From NCBI RefSeq assembly GCF_000328665.1, contig NC_019977.1, forward strand, positions 248,001 to 312,000: a DNA stretch of 64,000 nucleotides, read 5' to 3'. The notes under the pieces were generated by a model. The model had not been told where the DNA came from and did no database searches. It saw only the letters and a program-made list of their open reading frames with translations. Source of the stretch: Methanomethylovorans hollandica DSM 15978 (lineage in GTDB: Archaea; Halobacteriota; Methanosarcinia; Methanosarcinales; Methanosarcinaceae). Shown one piece after another: positions 30,708 through 40,416 of the stretch; the first letter of the stretch is position 1; each line of letters starts with the position of its first letter. The position numbers and the translations under genes are program-made.

Positions 30708-31748
30708 ATGTCACTGAATACTAAAGTTCTTGAGATACGTCAGAGGCAGCGGATAAAGCCGACACCTCTGGATATGCCCTCTGCAGTGTGGACCGGCAAG
30801 GACCATGTGGATGGGAATGTGGAAAATACACTTACCATGATCTTCCGTACCTCCGGATGCTGGTGGGGGAAGGTCGGAGGCTGCACCATGTGTGGCTACG
30901 TGTATGACAGCGCGCATACTTCTCCCTCTGCGGAAGATATTGTTTCCCAGTTTCGGAAAGCCATGGGTAAAGCTTCAAAGTTTGACAGGTTCATGGTCAA
31001 GATATTTACCTCAGGTAGTTTCCTTGATGAAAAAGAGGTGCCGGTTGATGCTCTATCAAAGATACTTTCCCTTCTGGAAGAAGATGATCGGGTCTTTAAG
31101 GTAGTGGTGGAATCCAGACCGGAGTTCCTGACAGAGGAATCCATGGAGTTCTGCCTTGCTAGTCTTAAAAGTACGTTGTTAGAGGTTGCCATAGGCCTTG
31201 AGACCAGTTCGGACCTCATCAGAAAACGCTCTATTAACAAAGGTTTCACTTTCAGGGATTTTGTCAGGGCTGCCGAGGTTGCCAAATCCAATGGTGTTGC
31301 AGTAAAAACATATCTTATGCTGAAACCCCCATTCATATCTGAAAAACAGGCTTTGGAGGACATTATTGCCTCAGTAAGGGAAGTGTCAGTATATTCCGGC
31401 GTGATATCTATCAACCTGTGCAATGTGCAGAAAGGCACTCTTATAGAATATCTATGGGAACGGGGGGAATATCGTCCCCCCTGGTTATGGAGCATTGTAG
31501 ATATCCTTAAAAGGACAAAACAGGAGTTCCCACATCTGATCATCACTTCCGATCCAGTAGGTGCAGGTGCCAAAAGGGGCCCCCGCAACTGCAAGGAATG
31601 CAGCGGGGAGGTTGCAGATGCCATAAGGGCTTTCTCTTTGAGCCAGGATCTGCATGATCTTGAAGGGCTGGAATGTGATTGCAGGTCTCTGTGGGAAAAG
31701 GTACTGGTTCTGGACGATCTCAGTTTTGGCTCTCCTATCCTGGAGTGA
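30708..31748 (+). CDS. raSEA: Archaeosine biosynthesis radical SAM protein RaSEA
   Basis: RTSGCWWGKVGGCTMCGY, KIFTSGSFLD, ESRPEF, YRPPWLWS, RGPRNCKEC. Confidence 0.85.
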   Translation: MSLNTKVLEIRQRQRIKPTPLDMPSAVWTGKDHVDGNVENTLTMIFRTSGCWWGKVGGCTMCGYVYDSAHTSPSAEDIVSQFRKAMGKASKFDRFMVKIFTSGSFLDEKEVPVDALSKILSLLEEDDRVFKVVVESRPEFLTEESMEFCLASLKSTLLEVAIGLETSSDLIRKRSINKGFTFRDFVRAAEVAKSNGVAVKTYLMLKPPFISEKQALEDIIASVREVSVYSGVISINLCNVQKGTLIEYLWERGEYRPPWLWSIVDILKRTKQEFPHLIITSDPVGAGAKRGPRNCKECSGEVADAIRAFSLSQDLHDLEGLECDCRSLWEKVLVLDDLSFGSPILE

Positions 31749-31753
31749 ATCTC

Positions 31754-32650
31754 TCACTCCCCATCCTCGCCTCTGTACACCATTGTCCCTATCCCGGTGT
31801 CGGTGAAGAGTTCCAGCAGGACCGAGTGAGATACGCTCCCATCTATTATGTGCACTCTTTGTACACCACTTTCCACTGCGGTCACAGCACCCCTTAACTT
31901 AGGCACCATACCGCCTGAGATGACTCCCTCTCTCACCAGTTTTTCCACGTCTTCAAGTTTTACTCTGGATATGCGGGAAGACTTATCTTCTATGTTCCTC
32001 AGGATCCCTGGTACGTCTGTCATGAGAATGAGTTTCTGTGCTCTTAGAGCAGCGGCAATGTCGCCGGCTACAGTATCCGCATTTATGTTAAGTCCTCTTC
32101 CGCTGGAATCAATGGCAATTGGAGATATTACAGGAATATAACCATGTTTTGTAACAATTTCCACAATCTCTGTGTTGATTATTTCGGTTTCTCCCACCCA
32201 CCCCAGGTCAACCTCATGCTCTATGTTCTCTATCATAACCTTCTGGGCAGCCATTTTCTTTGCAACGATGAGCTTACCATCTTTGCCGGACAGGCCAATT
32301 CCCTTTCCTCCATGCCTGCCTATAAGGGACACGATATCAGTATTTATATTACCCACCAATACCATGCGGGCAATTTCAAGGGTTTCATCATCTGTGATGC
32401 GTAATCCACCTACAAATTTGGGTTTCTTTCCCATGCGGTTCATCTTCTCGGTTATCTCCGGTCCACCGCCATGCACTATTATAGGATGTATGCCCACGAA
32501 CTTCAGCAGGACAACATCTTCAATGATGTCACTCATTATCTGTTTATCTACCATGGCATGGCCACCTACTTTGATGACCATTATGGCATTATGGAACTTC
32601 CTTATGTAAGGAAGGGCCTCTATCAACACGTTCTCTCTTTTCAGCGTCAC
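31754..32650 (-). CDS. argB: Acetylglutamate kinase
   Basis: EALPYI, IKVGGHAM, VHGGGPEI, NINADTVA, GGMVPK, LLELFTDTGIGT. Confidence 0.96.
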   Translation of the reverse strand: MTLKRENVLIEALPYIRKFHNAIMVIKVGGHAMVDKQIMSDIIEDVVLLKFVGIHPIIVHGGGPEITEKMNRMGKKPKFVGGLRITDDETLEIARMVLVGNINTDIVSLIGRHGGKGIGLSGKDGKLIVAKKMAAQKVMIENIEHEVDLGWVGETEIINTEIVEIVTKHGYIPVISPIAIDSSGRGLNINADTVAGDIAAALRAQKLILMTDVPGILRNIEDKSSRISRVKLEDVEKLVREGVISGGMVPKLRGAVTAVESGVQRVHIIDGSVSHSVLLELFTDTGIGTMVYRGEDGE

Positions 32651-32759
32651 AGTCCACCCTCATCTGTTGGTTTTCTTATCTATAAAAAGCAGCATAGTGA
32701 TGTAAATTCCAATATATTACCTTTATTGGACCACAAGTGAAATTATTAAAGATAGTGTT

Positions 32760-32780
32760 GTTACCAGAATGTCTGGTAAC
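32760..32780. repeat. Inverted repeat between MC1 and argB (terminator or operator)
   Basis: GTTACCAGA-atg-TCTGGTAAC, adjacent to an A-run. Confidence 0.5.
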
Positions 32781-32809
32781 CAAAAAAGAATAAAGTAATT
32801 AAATTAGAT

Positions 32810-33103
32810 TTAGATTTTGTCGAGCTTCTCGATGCCCACTTTCTTCACGAAAGGCTTGCTGATCTTATCGGGCATCCAGTCCGGCTTGTTCTTGGGGGCG
32901 TCTACATTTTCTCTCCAGCCCTTGAAGACGTGGATCTTCTTGGTTCCCCTCTCGCGGAGCTTTATGGTTTCTGGTTTTGTTTTTGTTCCTTTGCCGCGGT
33001 TAGCGACTTTCAATGCTGCCTGACGCGGCTGTTTCCCGGTGAATACACCGTGTTCGTTTCCGTTCTTATCTCTCAGTACAAAGTTCCTTGTTTCAACCAT
33101 CAT
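32810..33103 (-). CDS. Non-histone chromosomal protein MC1
   Basis: RNFVLRD..EHGVFTGKQPRQAALK..LRERGTKKIHVF..PDWMP..PFVKK. Confidence 0.95.
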   Translation of the reverse strand: MMVETRNFVLRDKNGNEHGVFTGKQPRQAALKVANRGKGTKTKPETIKLRERGTKKIHVFKGWRENVDAPKNKPDWMPDKISKPFVKKVGIEKLDKI

Positions 33104-33384
33104 GTCACCTCATTGCTTGCACGTGATTTTACTCGATAAACCTATTCTGCACATATAGTATATATATTTTTCTTTCAATGTTGCCTTTCGATTCTGGTTT
33201 ACACTAGTTGGATTATAGGGGGTACTGATAATCCTCTAAAATCTATAGCTATTTAAATATTTTAATCTATCTCTTCTGTAACACAACATTTACATGTGAT
33301 GAGCTCATTTCACTTCTGGAAGTACGTATAAAACGGACTCATCTCGCTTTTACATGAATGTGATCTATTCTTAGAGGTAATGTT

Positions 33385-34335
33385 ATGGAACTTTCTACTG
33401 TTATATTGCCGGATATACAGGCTAATAAGCCTAAGATACCTATGAACCTGACTCGCGTAGGTGTGACGAACGTTAAAAAACTAGTGGCTGTCAAACGAAA
33501 AGACAAACGTCCTGTCATGCTTATATCTACATTCGATATCTTTGTTGACCTGCCTTCTGATAGGAAAGGAGCCAACCTTTCCCGCAATTTCGAGGCTGTT
33601 GATGAAGTTCTTGAAAAGGCGGTCAATATGCCTGTTTATGAAATAGAGCAGTTATGTAGTGATGTTGCTCTTAACTTGCTTGTGAGGCATGAATATGCTA
33701 CAAGGGCAGAAGTACATCTGAAGAGTGAATACGTGATCAAACGGGAATCTCCAGCGACTAAGATGGAATGTCAGGAAGTGGTGGAGATATTCGCTGAAGC
33801 GAAAGCCGGAAGGGAAGAGGGAGGTAACATCAATGTCACCAAGCTCATCGGAGCTGAAGTTGTGGGGATGACAGCTTGTCCATGTGCTCAGGAGATCATG
33901 ACGGACAATGCCCGTAAACAGCTTGAAGAAATTGGTGTGGAAAATAGGAAAATAGCTGAATTCCTCCACCGTGTGCCCATGGCAACTCACAACCAGAGGG
34001 GAAGGGGAATTATCTCCATTGAAGTTGCAAGTGATGATTTTATTTTCCTTGAAAAGGTTATTTCTATCATTGAGCGATCAATGAGCTCAAGTGTCTTCGA
34101 ATTGCTGAAGCGCTCTGATGAAGCTATGGTAGTTCAGACGGCTCACAAGAACCCAAAGTTTGTGGAAGACTGTGTGCGTACCATGGCTCATAATGTTGTA
34201 AAAGAGTTCAAGGATCTCCCGGATGATGCAATAGTGACAATTAAACAGATCAACGAGGAAAGTATTCACCGTCATAATGCCTTTGCTGAAAGGGTTGCAA
34301 CTATGGGTGAACTTCGTAAAGAGATCAGTAACTGA
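33385..34335 (+). CDS. mptA: GTP cyclohydrolase MptA (FolE2 family)
   Basis: [57 protein letters not shown]. Confidence 0.93.
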   Translation: MELSTVILPDIQANKPKIPMNLTRVGVTNVKKLVAVKRKDKRPVMLISTFDIFVDLPSDRKGANLSRNFEAVDEVLEKAVNMPVYEIEQLCSDVALNLLVRHEYATRAEVHLKSEYVIKRESPATKMECQEVVEIFAEAKAGREEGGNINVTKLIGAEVVGMTACPCAQEIMTDNARKQLEEIGVENRKIAEFLHRVPMATHNQRGRGIISIEVASDDFIFLEKVISIIERSMSSSVFELLKRSDEAMVVQTAHKNPKFVEDCVRTMAHNVVKEFKDLPDDAIVTIKQINEESIHRHNAFAERVATMGELRKEISN

Positions 34336-34390
34336 ATCTTTTTCAGTTTGTCTTGATCATCAGTCTGACTAGTTAAAAGAATGTGATAAC

Positions 34391-34705
34391 ATGGATGAAG
34401 TTTCAGATTCTGTCCAGGCCCAAGACCTAAACGGAACTCCTATAACTATTGGCTCATATGTACTATATCTTAATACAGGTACAGCAGGGCAGGTTACAGA
34501 ACTCAAGCAGGAAGAGGGTACTATATGGGCTCTGATGGACACTACCGGACTCTATTATAATGTCCAGGCTCTTGTGATTACCGATGCAAGTGCCATCAAG
34601 GTGAAACAAGAACATGAAACTGGCAAAGCGGATATAGATGATCTTGCCAGGGAGCAAACTCCGGAAAGGATCGTTGATATAGGTCAGGTTACAGGTGGAG
34701 GATAA
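34391..34705 (+). CDS. DUF2098-like hypothetical protein
   Basis: IGSYVLYLNTGTAG..WALMDTTGLYY, C-terminal TGGG. Confidence 0.7.
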   Translation: MDEVSDSVQAQDLNGTPITIGSYVLYLNTGTAGQVTELKQEEGTIWALMDTTGLYYNVQALVITDASAIKVKQEHETGKADIDDLAREQTPERIVDIGQVTGGG

Positions 34706-34735
34706 TATCCTCCTTTTGTCTTTTTACATTTTTTG

Positions 34736-35677
34736 TCAAATCATGTTCTCTTTTTTCAGCAAAGTAAGTGAACGAATCCATTCTCCCTTTGGTTCACGTG
34801 AAGTACCGACTACAAGCCGTTTCTTATCTCCCACTCTTTCTACTACTCCTTGAGCTTCAATAAGTTCTCCAGGTAAAGCTTGCCCTGCGTAAGTATGGGT
34901 GTAGGACAACACGTGGTCTATTTCAGGGTGCTCCACTTTATACACTGCAGGGCTGTCAAAGGCAAGATCTGCATTTGTCACTGTTGCCTCTATTCTCATG
35001 GTCCCACTATCCTTTCCTCTTGCAGTAGGCTCTTTTATCTGTTCCCAGTCTCTCACGAAAAGCAGGTCGAAATATGTGCCTTCCACCATACCTCTGTTCC
35101 CTTTCCGTTTCTCATGGACTACGAACTCTTCAAAAGATATCTCCGGAATGCGCTTTTTGTATATCCTTTCCCACATCTCCATGCTTATATCTTCTATTGG
35201 TCCGGATCTTTTCTTTTCCCCGTCAATGGCATCTCTGGCTGTAAACCAATATTTTCCATATACAACAAAATCCACGTCCGATGTCTCATTCTGCAATCCC
35301 GGCAACAATGAGCCTGTAACTCCCATATGTGACCTTGGCACCCCTGCTTCTTCAAGGACTTTTACGATTGCAGCTATCCGGCTATCTGAGGCCATAAGAT
35401 GTTGTATAGCCTCATTGGGGGAAAGTATCCTTTTCACCTGCTCTTCAGGCACCACATGTACGTCTTCCACCCATTCAGGCCGGTGCTTTCTCATAAAACT
35501 GAAAGAATCATCGAAATCATACTTGCGGTACCTTTTTCCGTTCATCTGCCGTTCCCCTCCATCATCTGGTACGTATCGCAGTGTCGAACGTATCCCTTGG
35601 GGATGGAAATAATCGGATACAGCGAATATCCAGTCATCCATTGTTATAAAAAAGTCCCTGAGCCGTGTTTTCAGCAT
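34736..35677 (-). CDS. Predicted nucleotidyltransferase (Pol-beta superfamily)
   Basis: GVTGSLLPG...SDVDFVVYG signature; C-terminal OB-like SYTHTYAGQ..GE. Confidence 0.8.
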   Translation of the reverse strand: MLKTRLRDFFITMDDWIFAVSDYFHPQGIRSTLRYVPDDGGERQMNGKRYRKYDFDDSFSFMRKHRPEWVEDVHVVPEEQVKRILSPNEAIQHLMASDSRIAAIVKVLEEAGVPRSHMGVTGSLLPGLQNETSDVDFVVYGKYWFTARDAIDGEKKRSGPIEDISMEMWERIYKKRIPEISFEEFVVHEKRKGNRGMVEGTYFDLLFVRDWEQIKEPTARGKDSGTMRIEATVTNADLAFDSPAVYKVEHPEIDHVLSYTHTYAGQALPGELIEAQGVVERVGDKKRLVVGTSREPKGEWIRSLTLLKKENMI

Positions 35678-35812
35678 TTTAATCTCCTTTGTATTGGATT
35701 AAACATAATAAATCTCCTTAGTAATAATCGTATTGCAATCTCTGCGAACAAAATGGTTATGTGCCATCATGGGCAATCTGGTCTTATAATTAGGATAAAA
35801 CATTCATAGTAG

Positions 35813-37012
35813 GTGATGTTCCTGCCCTCTCTTGAACAATGGATCATACAAAAGCGACGCGAGTTTCACAGGTATCCTGAACTAAGCTTCAATGAATGTA
35901 TGACTCAGAAGAGAATAATGGATTCTCTTAAGGAGTTTGGTCTTGAAAGCAGTTCTATAGCTGGTACCGGTGTTGTGGCAGAGATCACGGGCAATGGTCC
36001 AGGGCCCTGTATTGCAATACGTGCTGATACAGATGCTCTGCCAATACAGGAGGAGGAAAGTGATCACAATGGCGAATATATCTCTTGCCACAAAGGGGTC
36101 ATGCACGCATGCGGCCACGATGGCCATACAGCAATTGTATTGGGTGTGGCCCGCATGCTCTTTGAAAAGAGGCATGAGTTCTCTGGTAAAGTTAGGTTAA
36201 TATTCCAACCTGCGGAGGAACAATATCCAGGGGGTGCCTGTCAGGTCATTGAACATGGGGGGCTTGAAGGTGTCGATGCTATTATAGGTCTTCACATCTT
36301 CGGTGATGTGGATGTCGGTAATGTGCGCTTCTGCCCAGGTCCTTTTATGGCAAGTTCCAATGATTTCAGTGTCAGGATCATAGGAAAGGGTGGACACGTA
36401 TCAACACCTGGGTACTGTGTGAACCCCATTGAAATGGCTGCTGATGTTATATCTAGGGCAAGGCTGGAAAGTGCCAGGAAGGTTGATCCATCCAGACATG
36501 TCTTTGGCTTTGGAGCGGTCACCGGTGGTACCCGCTCAAACATAATACCTGACGAAGTGCAGATATTCGGAAGTTTCAGGACATTTAATGAAATGGATAC
36601 AGTAACGATTGAAAATGCGTTGGAGAATATACTAGGCTCTATCATGAATAAATATTCCGATAAAGATCTTGCTGGTGTTCCATCTTATGAGCTGGATGTG
36701 TTGCACGGTTACCCTGTACTTGTGAACAATCCAGATTTTACGGCAGCAGCCAGCAGGCTACTTAAGCAGTTATTCGTAAATGTGGATGATAATGCATCTC
36801 CTATCTTCGGCTCCGAGGATTTTGCTTATTATTTACGTCAGGTGCCTGGTATGTTCCTGTTTCTGGGTACCCGCAATCCGGAGAAAGATATTATAGAAAA
36901 CAACCATTCCAGCAGTTTTGATCTGGATGAAGCTGTCCTTATGCAGGGTGTGCAAATACTCTGTTCTATTGCTCTTGATTTCTTGAAAAAGCCAGAGGAA
37001 TATATCTATTGA
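35813..37012 (+). CDS. M20D family amidohydrolase
   Basis: RREFHRYPELSFNE, RADTDALPI, MHACGHDGH, FQPAEE, GSEDFAYY, NHSSSF. Confidence 0.92.
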   Translation: MMFLPSLEQWIIQKRREFHRYPELSFNECMTQKRIMDSLKEFGLESSSIAGTGVVAEITGNGPGPCIAIRADTDALPIQEEESDHNGEYISCHKGVMHACGHDGHTAIVLGVARMLFEKRHEFSGKVRLIFQPAEEQYPGGACQVIEHGGLEGVDAIIGLHIFGDVDVGNVRFCPGPFMASSNDFSVRIIGKGGHVSTPGYCVNPIEMAADVISRARLESARKVDPSRHVFGFGAVTGGTRSNIIPDEVQIFGSFRTFNEMDTVTIENALENILGSIMNKYSDKDLAGVPSYELDVLHGYPVLVNNPDFTAAASRLLKQLFVNVDDNASPIFGSEDFAYYLRQVPGMFLFLGTRNPEKDIIENNHSSSFDLDEAVLMQGVQILCSIALDFLKKPEEYIY

Positions 37013-37449
37013 TCATAAAGGTTTTTTCCCCGTTACTTAATTCTTCCGTAAAAAAATTCGTGGTGAGCGTACTGGCATCCGAAGGTTTTGCTTACGATAT
37101 AGAGAAGGATCTTGATCTGGATAATATTTCAGCAAATTACCTTGAGGATGGAGGTATCTTTTATGTGGCTTTCACAAAGGGTAGAATTATCGGCACCTGT
37201 GCTGTGAAAAAGAGAAGTGAGGGAAAATGTGAAGTCAAGAGGCTGTATGTTCACAAGGATTTCAGAAGATTGGGAATTGGTTCTGAACTCCTGGGGAAAG
37301 CTCTGCAATTTGCAAGCGAGCATTATAATACAGTAACCCTAAAAACCAATACTTCTCTTGGGCCAGCTATTACTTTATACTTAAAGACCGGCTTTTCAGT
37401 GCAAAAAGAAGAAAAAGAAGTCATATATCTTACCATGGATATGCGCTGA
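37009..37449 (+). CDS. GNAT family acetyltransferase
   Basis: EVKRLYVHKDFRRLGIGSELL, AITLYLKTGF; overlaps the M20 stop. Confidence 0.88.
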   Translation: MIIKVFSPLLNSSVKKFVVSVLASEGFAYDIEKDLDLDNISANYLEDGGIFYVAFTKGRIIGTCAVKKRSEGKCEVKRLYVHKDFRRLGIGSELLGKALQFASEHYNTVTLKTNTSLGPAITLYLKTGFSVQKEEKEVIYLTMDMR

Positions 37450-37454
37450 GCAGT

Positions 37455-37907
37455 TCACTCTATAGTTTTGATCAGAGCTATCTCATCACAGTCAGGAAAC
37501 TTAGGGCAGTTTATGCAGCCACTCCATACTTTATGAGGGAGTGTAGATTTGTCCGCTCTTACAAATCCATGTTTTTCGAAAAATTGTGGCACATAAGTGA
37601 GGGTGAATATCCTTTTTATATGCAGTTCGTGCGCATCTCCCATGCAGGCATTAAGCAATTGGGATCCTATTCCCTGTCGGGCATATTCAGGTTTCACAGC
37701 GAAAGAAAGTACCTCTGCCAGGTCTTCCCATACTACTTGCAGGGCACAGCATCCTATTACCTCGCCATCCTTCTCGTATACATAGAAACTGCGGATGTAC
37801 TGGTACAGCTCATTGTATGATCGGGGAAGCATCTTCTCCTGTTTCGCATATGCATTTATGATGTTCTTCATTGCTTCGACATCTTTGACAGTGGCCTTAC
37901 GGATCAT
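37455..37907 (-). CDS. Short ArgA-like amino-acid N-acetyltransferase (GNAT)
   Basis: MLPRSYNELY, WEDLAEVLSFAV, RQGIGSQL, LPHKVWSGCINCPKFPDCDEIA. Confidence 0.85.
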   Translation of the reverse strand: MIRKATVKDVEAMKNIINAYAKQEKMLPRSYNELYQYIRSFYVYEKDGEVIGCCALQVVWEDLAEVLSFAVKPEYARQGIGSQLLNACMGDAHELHIKRIFTLTYVPQFFEKHGFVRADKSTLPHKVWSGCINCPKFPDCDEIALIKTIE

Positions 37908-37950
37908 TAGATGATTCTCCTCGATCTGCTGATATTTGAAAAAAGTATAG

Positions 37951-38025
37951 CGAGCGTGAAGGGATTTGAACCCCTGGCTTGCAGCTTAGGAGGCTGCCGC
38001 CATATCCTGGCTAGGCCACACGCTC
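37951..38025 (-). tRNA. tRNA-Arg (CCT)
   Basis: GAGCGTGTGGCCTAGCCAGGATATGGCGGCAGCCT-CCT-AAGCTGCAAGCCAGGGGTTCAAATCCCTTCACGCTCG cloverleaf. Confidence 0.95.
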
Positions 38026-38260
38026 TCTTTGACTTTCACTCTCCTAATAACATCCAATATCTTAAATCTATTGGTACGAACTGGTTTGCTTAGTAGTTAT
38101 TTATTCCTTTTTATACATGATTTCTGTCGGTCAGTTTTGATTAAATTATTTTTATACTGTGGGATTGTTTCTGTTCGAAAATTTCCGTACCTTAAGTAAT
38201 TGCTATATATTCTTAATTATAACATATCCTCTGGATATTAAACTATTATGGAGATTTCCA

Positions 38261-38740
38261 ATGAGATCGAATCATTTACTAATACTCATATCTGTCGCAC
38301 TGATAATTCTAATCTCAGGCTGTTCCTGTCAGACCACTATTGTTTCCAATGAGTCTGAGAATACAAGCGAGAATCAGACACCTTCTCCTGGAGTGAACAA
38401 TGAAGAATTCATAACCGGTGTGGCATCTATCAGTAATGTGCAGGTGTTAGTACTGGAATCTTTTCCTGTACAGGTGAATGTGGAAGCTACAGGTTATCTT
38501 CCCGATGGCTGCACAACCATTGGCAATGCCACTGTCAGGAAAGATGGCAACACATTCTATGTGGAGATCGGCACAATACGCCCCCGGGATGCCTTATGTA
38601 CGCAGGCACTGGTGCCTTTCACAAAGTCCGTGTCTCTTGATGTGTACGGTCTGGAGAAAGGTGTCTACAATGTAGATGTGAATGGCAAGACCGCGTCTTT
38701 TGAACTTTCTGTTGATAATATCCTTTCGGATAATTCCTGA
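38261..38740 (+). CDS. Putative lipoprotein
   Basis: MRSNHLLILISVALIILISGC lipobox-like signal; ESFPVQV..GYLPDGCT..CTQALVPF domain. Confidence 0.75.
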   Translation: MRSNHLLILISVALIILISGCSCQTTIVSNESENTSENQTPSPGVNNEEFITGVASISNVQVLVLESFPVQVNVEATGYLPDGCTTIGNATVRKDGNTFYVEIGTIRPRDALCTQALVPFTKSVSLDVYGLEKGVYNVDVNGKTASFELSVDNILSDNS

Positions 38741-38816
38741 AAATGTGGCCTCTGCCAGATGGCCATTTTTATTTATCTTTCAAACCTGCCGCTGTGATCA
38801 TTCAGGTACTGTAAAG

Positions 38817-39716
38817 TTAGTTGTCTTCCATCACTACTTTTATCTTTTCCGCGAATTCCTTGTTCTGTACGACATTCAGATGGATACCCAGCATTTCAGG
38901 GGGGAATCCCAGGGCAAGCCCGAGAAGCTGGGAATAATGCAGCACAGGTGTACTATAGTCTTTACCAAATGCTTTTTCTATCTCCTGCTGACCTGCGTCC
39001 AGTTGCATGTGGCAGAATGGACATGCATTGACTATGCAATCAACACCCGCCTCTTTTATCTTTGATAATTTGTGTTCTGCCATTGCAAGAGATCTTTCTT
39101 TATGTCCGGATCGCATACCCCCCCCGGCTCCACAGCATTCCATCTTATCAGAGTATTCAACGCTCATGCAACCTGTAGCTTCCACAAGTTCATCAAAGAA
39201 ACGTGGTCTTTCAAAACTGCCAAGTCCCCTGTCCCTGGATGGTTTTATAAGATGGCATCCGTAGTGAACTGCTACTTTCAGTCCAAGAGTTTTCTCAACG
39301 GCTTCTTTTATCTTCCCTGTTCCAATATCTGAGTAAAGAAATTCGGCTATATGGCGCACATCTATTGTTCCTTTGAACTGGCGGTCTATCTCTCCCAGGA
39401 ATCCATTTGTCTTTTCCCTCAGCTCGTCGTTTTCCTTCAATGTGTGGTTTGCATCTGCAAGAGATCCAAAACAACCGTTACATATGGTAAGAAGGTCGCG
39501 CTGCATATCCTCTCCAAGTGTAAGGTTGCGCCCCGCCACTGCCAGCCAGGTAGGGCTGTCAAATGAACGGAATACTCCGGGTGCAGGGCAGCAGGAAGCT
39601 CCGGGCAGGTCAGTGCAGTCAATGTCCAGCTTTGCAAGGCATAGCCTTGTGGCCATCTCTATGCCCGGATATCTGTTAGGGATAACGCATCCCAGAAAAA
39701 GTGCAAGTGGTGCCAT
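38817..39716 (-). CDS. hdrB: Heterodisulfide reductase subunit B
   Basis: FLGCVIPNRYPG, SCCPAPG, HYGCH, CCGAGGG, ACPFCHMQLD (CCG domains). Confidence 0.95.
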   Translation of the reverse strand: MAPLALFLGCVIPNRYPGIEMATRLCLAKLDIDCTDLPGASCCPAPGVFRSFDSPTWLAVAGRNLTLGEDMQRDLLTICNGCFGSLADANHTLKENDELREKTNGFLGEIDRQFKGTIDVRHIAEFLYSDIGTGKIKEAVEKTLGLKVAVHYGCHLIKPSRDRGLGSFERPRFFDELVEATGCMSVEYSDKMECCGAGGGMRSGHKERSLAMAEHKLSKIKEAGVDCIVNACPFCHMQLDAGQQEIEKAFGKDYSTPVLHYSQLLGLALGFPPEMLGIHLNVVQNKEFAEKIKVVMEDN

Positions 39717-39735
39717 TTTTATCTCCAGTTCATAA

Positions 39736-40218
39736 CTATTGGTCTATGATCTTTGCCAACTTACAGGCATTAAGAAGCTTTTTGACCTCATTCAAGGCTT
39801 CAGGGTCCTTATACACTGTTTCGGGCAATCTTTCCAGTCCGAGTTCTTCTCTTTTATTCATGTTCATCTCATCTATAGGCACAGCGTGTCCATATTCCAG
39901 GAGCAGTTCTATTACTTGCTTATGCTCAGGCAATATAATACCCTCGTGGGCTGCAATGGACCGGATCCTGAGGATGACATCTACTATGTCAATGCGGCGT
40001 GGGCAGCGCTCCTGGCAGTTATAACATGTGGTACACATCCAGAGCTCCTTATCTTCAAGTACATCCTGGGATCTCATGGCATGCCTAATGAGTCTGCGTA
40101 CATTCAGGCTGGTGTGGCGACCAGAGGGGCAGCTTCCAGTACACATTCCACATTGCATGCACTTCAATATGTCTATGCCTGCTTCTTTCAGTTGTTCCTG
40201 TACATTGTTCTCTTTCAT
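39736..40218 (-). CDS. hdrC: Heterodisulfide reductase subunit C
   Basis: CMQCGMCTGSCPSG and WMCTTCYNCQERCPR; GHAVPI. Confidence 0.95.
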   Translation of the reverse strand: MKENNVQEQLKEAGIDILKCMQCGMCTGSCPSGRHTSLNVRRLIRHAMRSQDVLEDKELWMCTTCYNCQERCPRRIDIVDVILRIRSIAAHEGIILPEHKQVIELLLEYGHAVPIDEMNMNKREELGLERLPETVYKDPEALNEVKKLLNACKLAKIIDQ

Positions 40219-40362
40219 GTTCTGACCATTAATTTATTTCCTATTGCTTATAAACTGTTCTCGCAAATCTGTTCCTTTTACTTCCTCTGTTTTTTTTATT
40301 TTTTTAAATTCTCTGCTTTCTATGTATTTGTTTTTTTCTTTCTGGCAGCATTTTGAAAAAGA

Positions 40363-40394
40363 TTTATATATTATGAAGTAGGTAATAGGTTACT
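40363..40394 (+). promoter_or_regulatory. glnA promoter with NrpR-type operator-like site
   Basis: GAAAAA BRE, TTTATATA (40363-40370), then GGTA-ATAGGT-TACT (40381-40394). Confidence 0.5.
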
Positions 40395-40416
40395 GAATAC
40401 CCAAGAGGTTATAGGA

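Noticed and set aside
37911..38093. 60-aa ORF containing VKGFEPLACSLGGCRHI
   Set aside because: It is the antisense reading of tRNA-Arg
39736..39738. TAG stops of hdrC, pyrI (23639) and the DUF1624 gene (20045) as pyrrolysine sites
   Set aside because: Each lies at the expected end of a complete protein; hdrC readthrough would add only two residues before TGA
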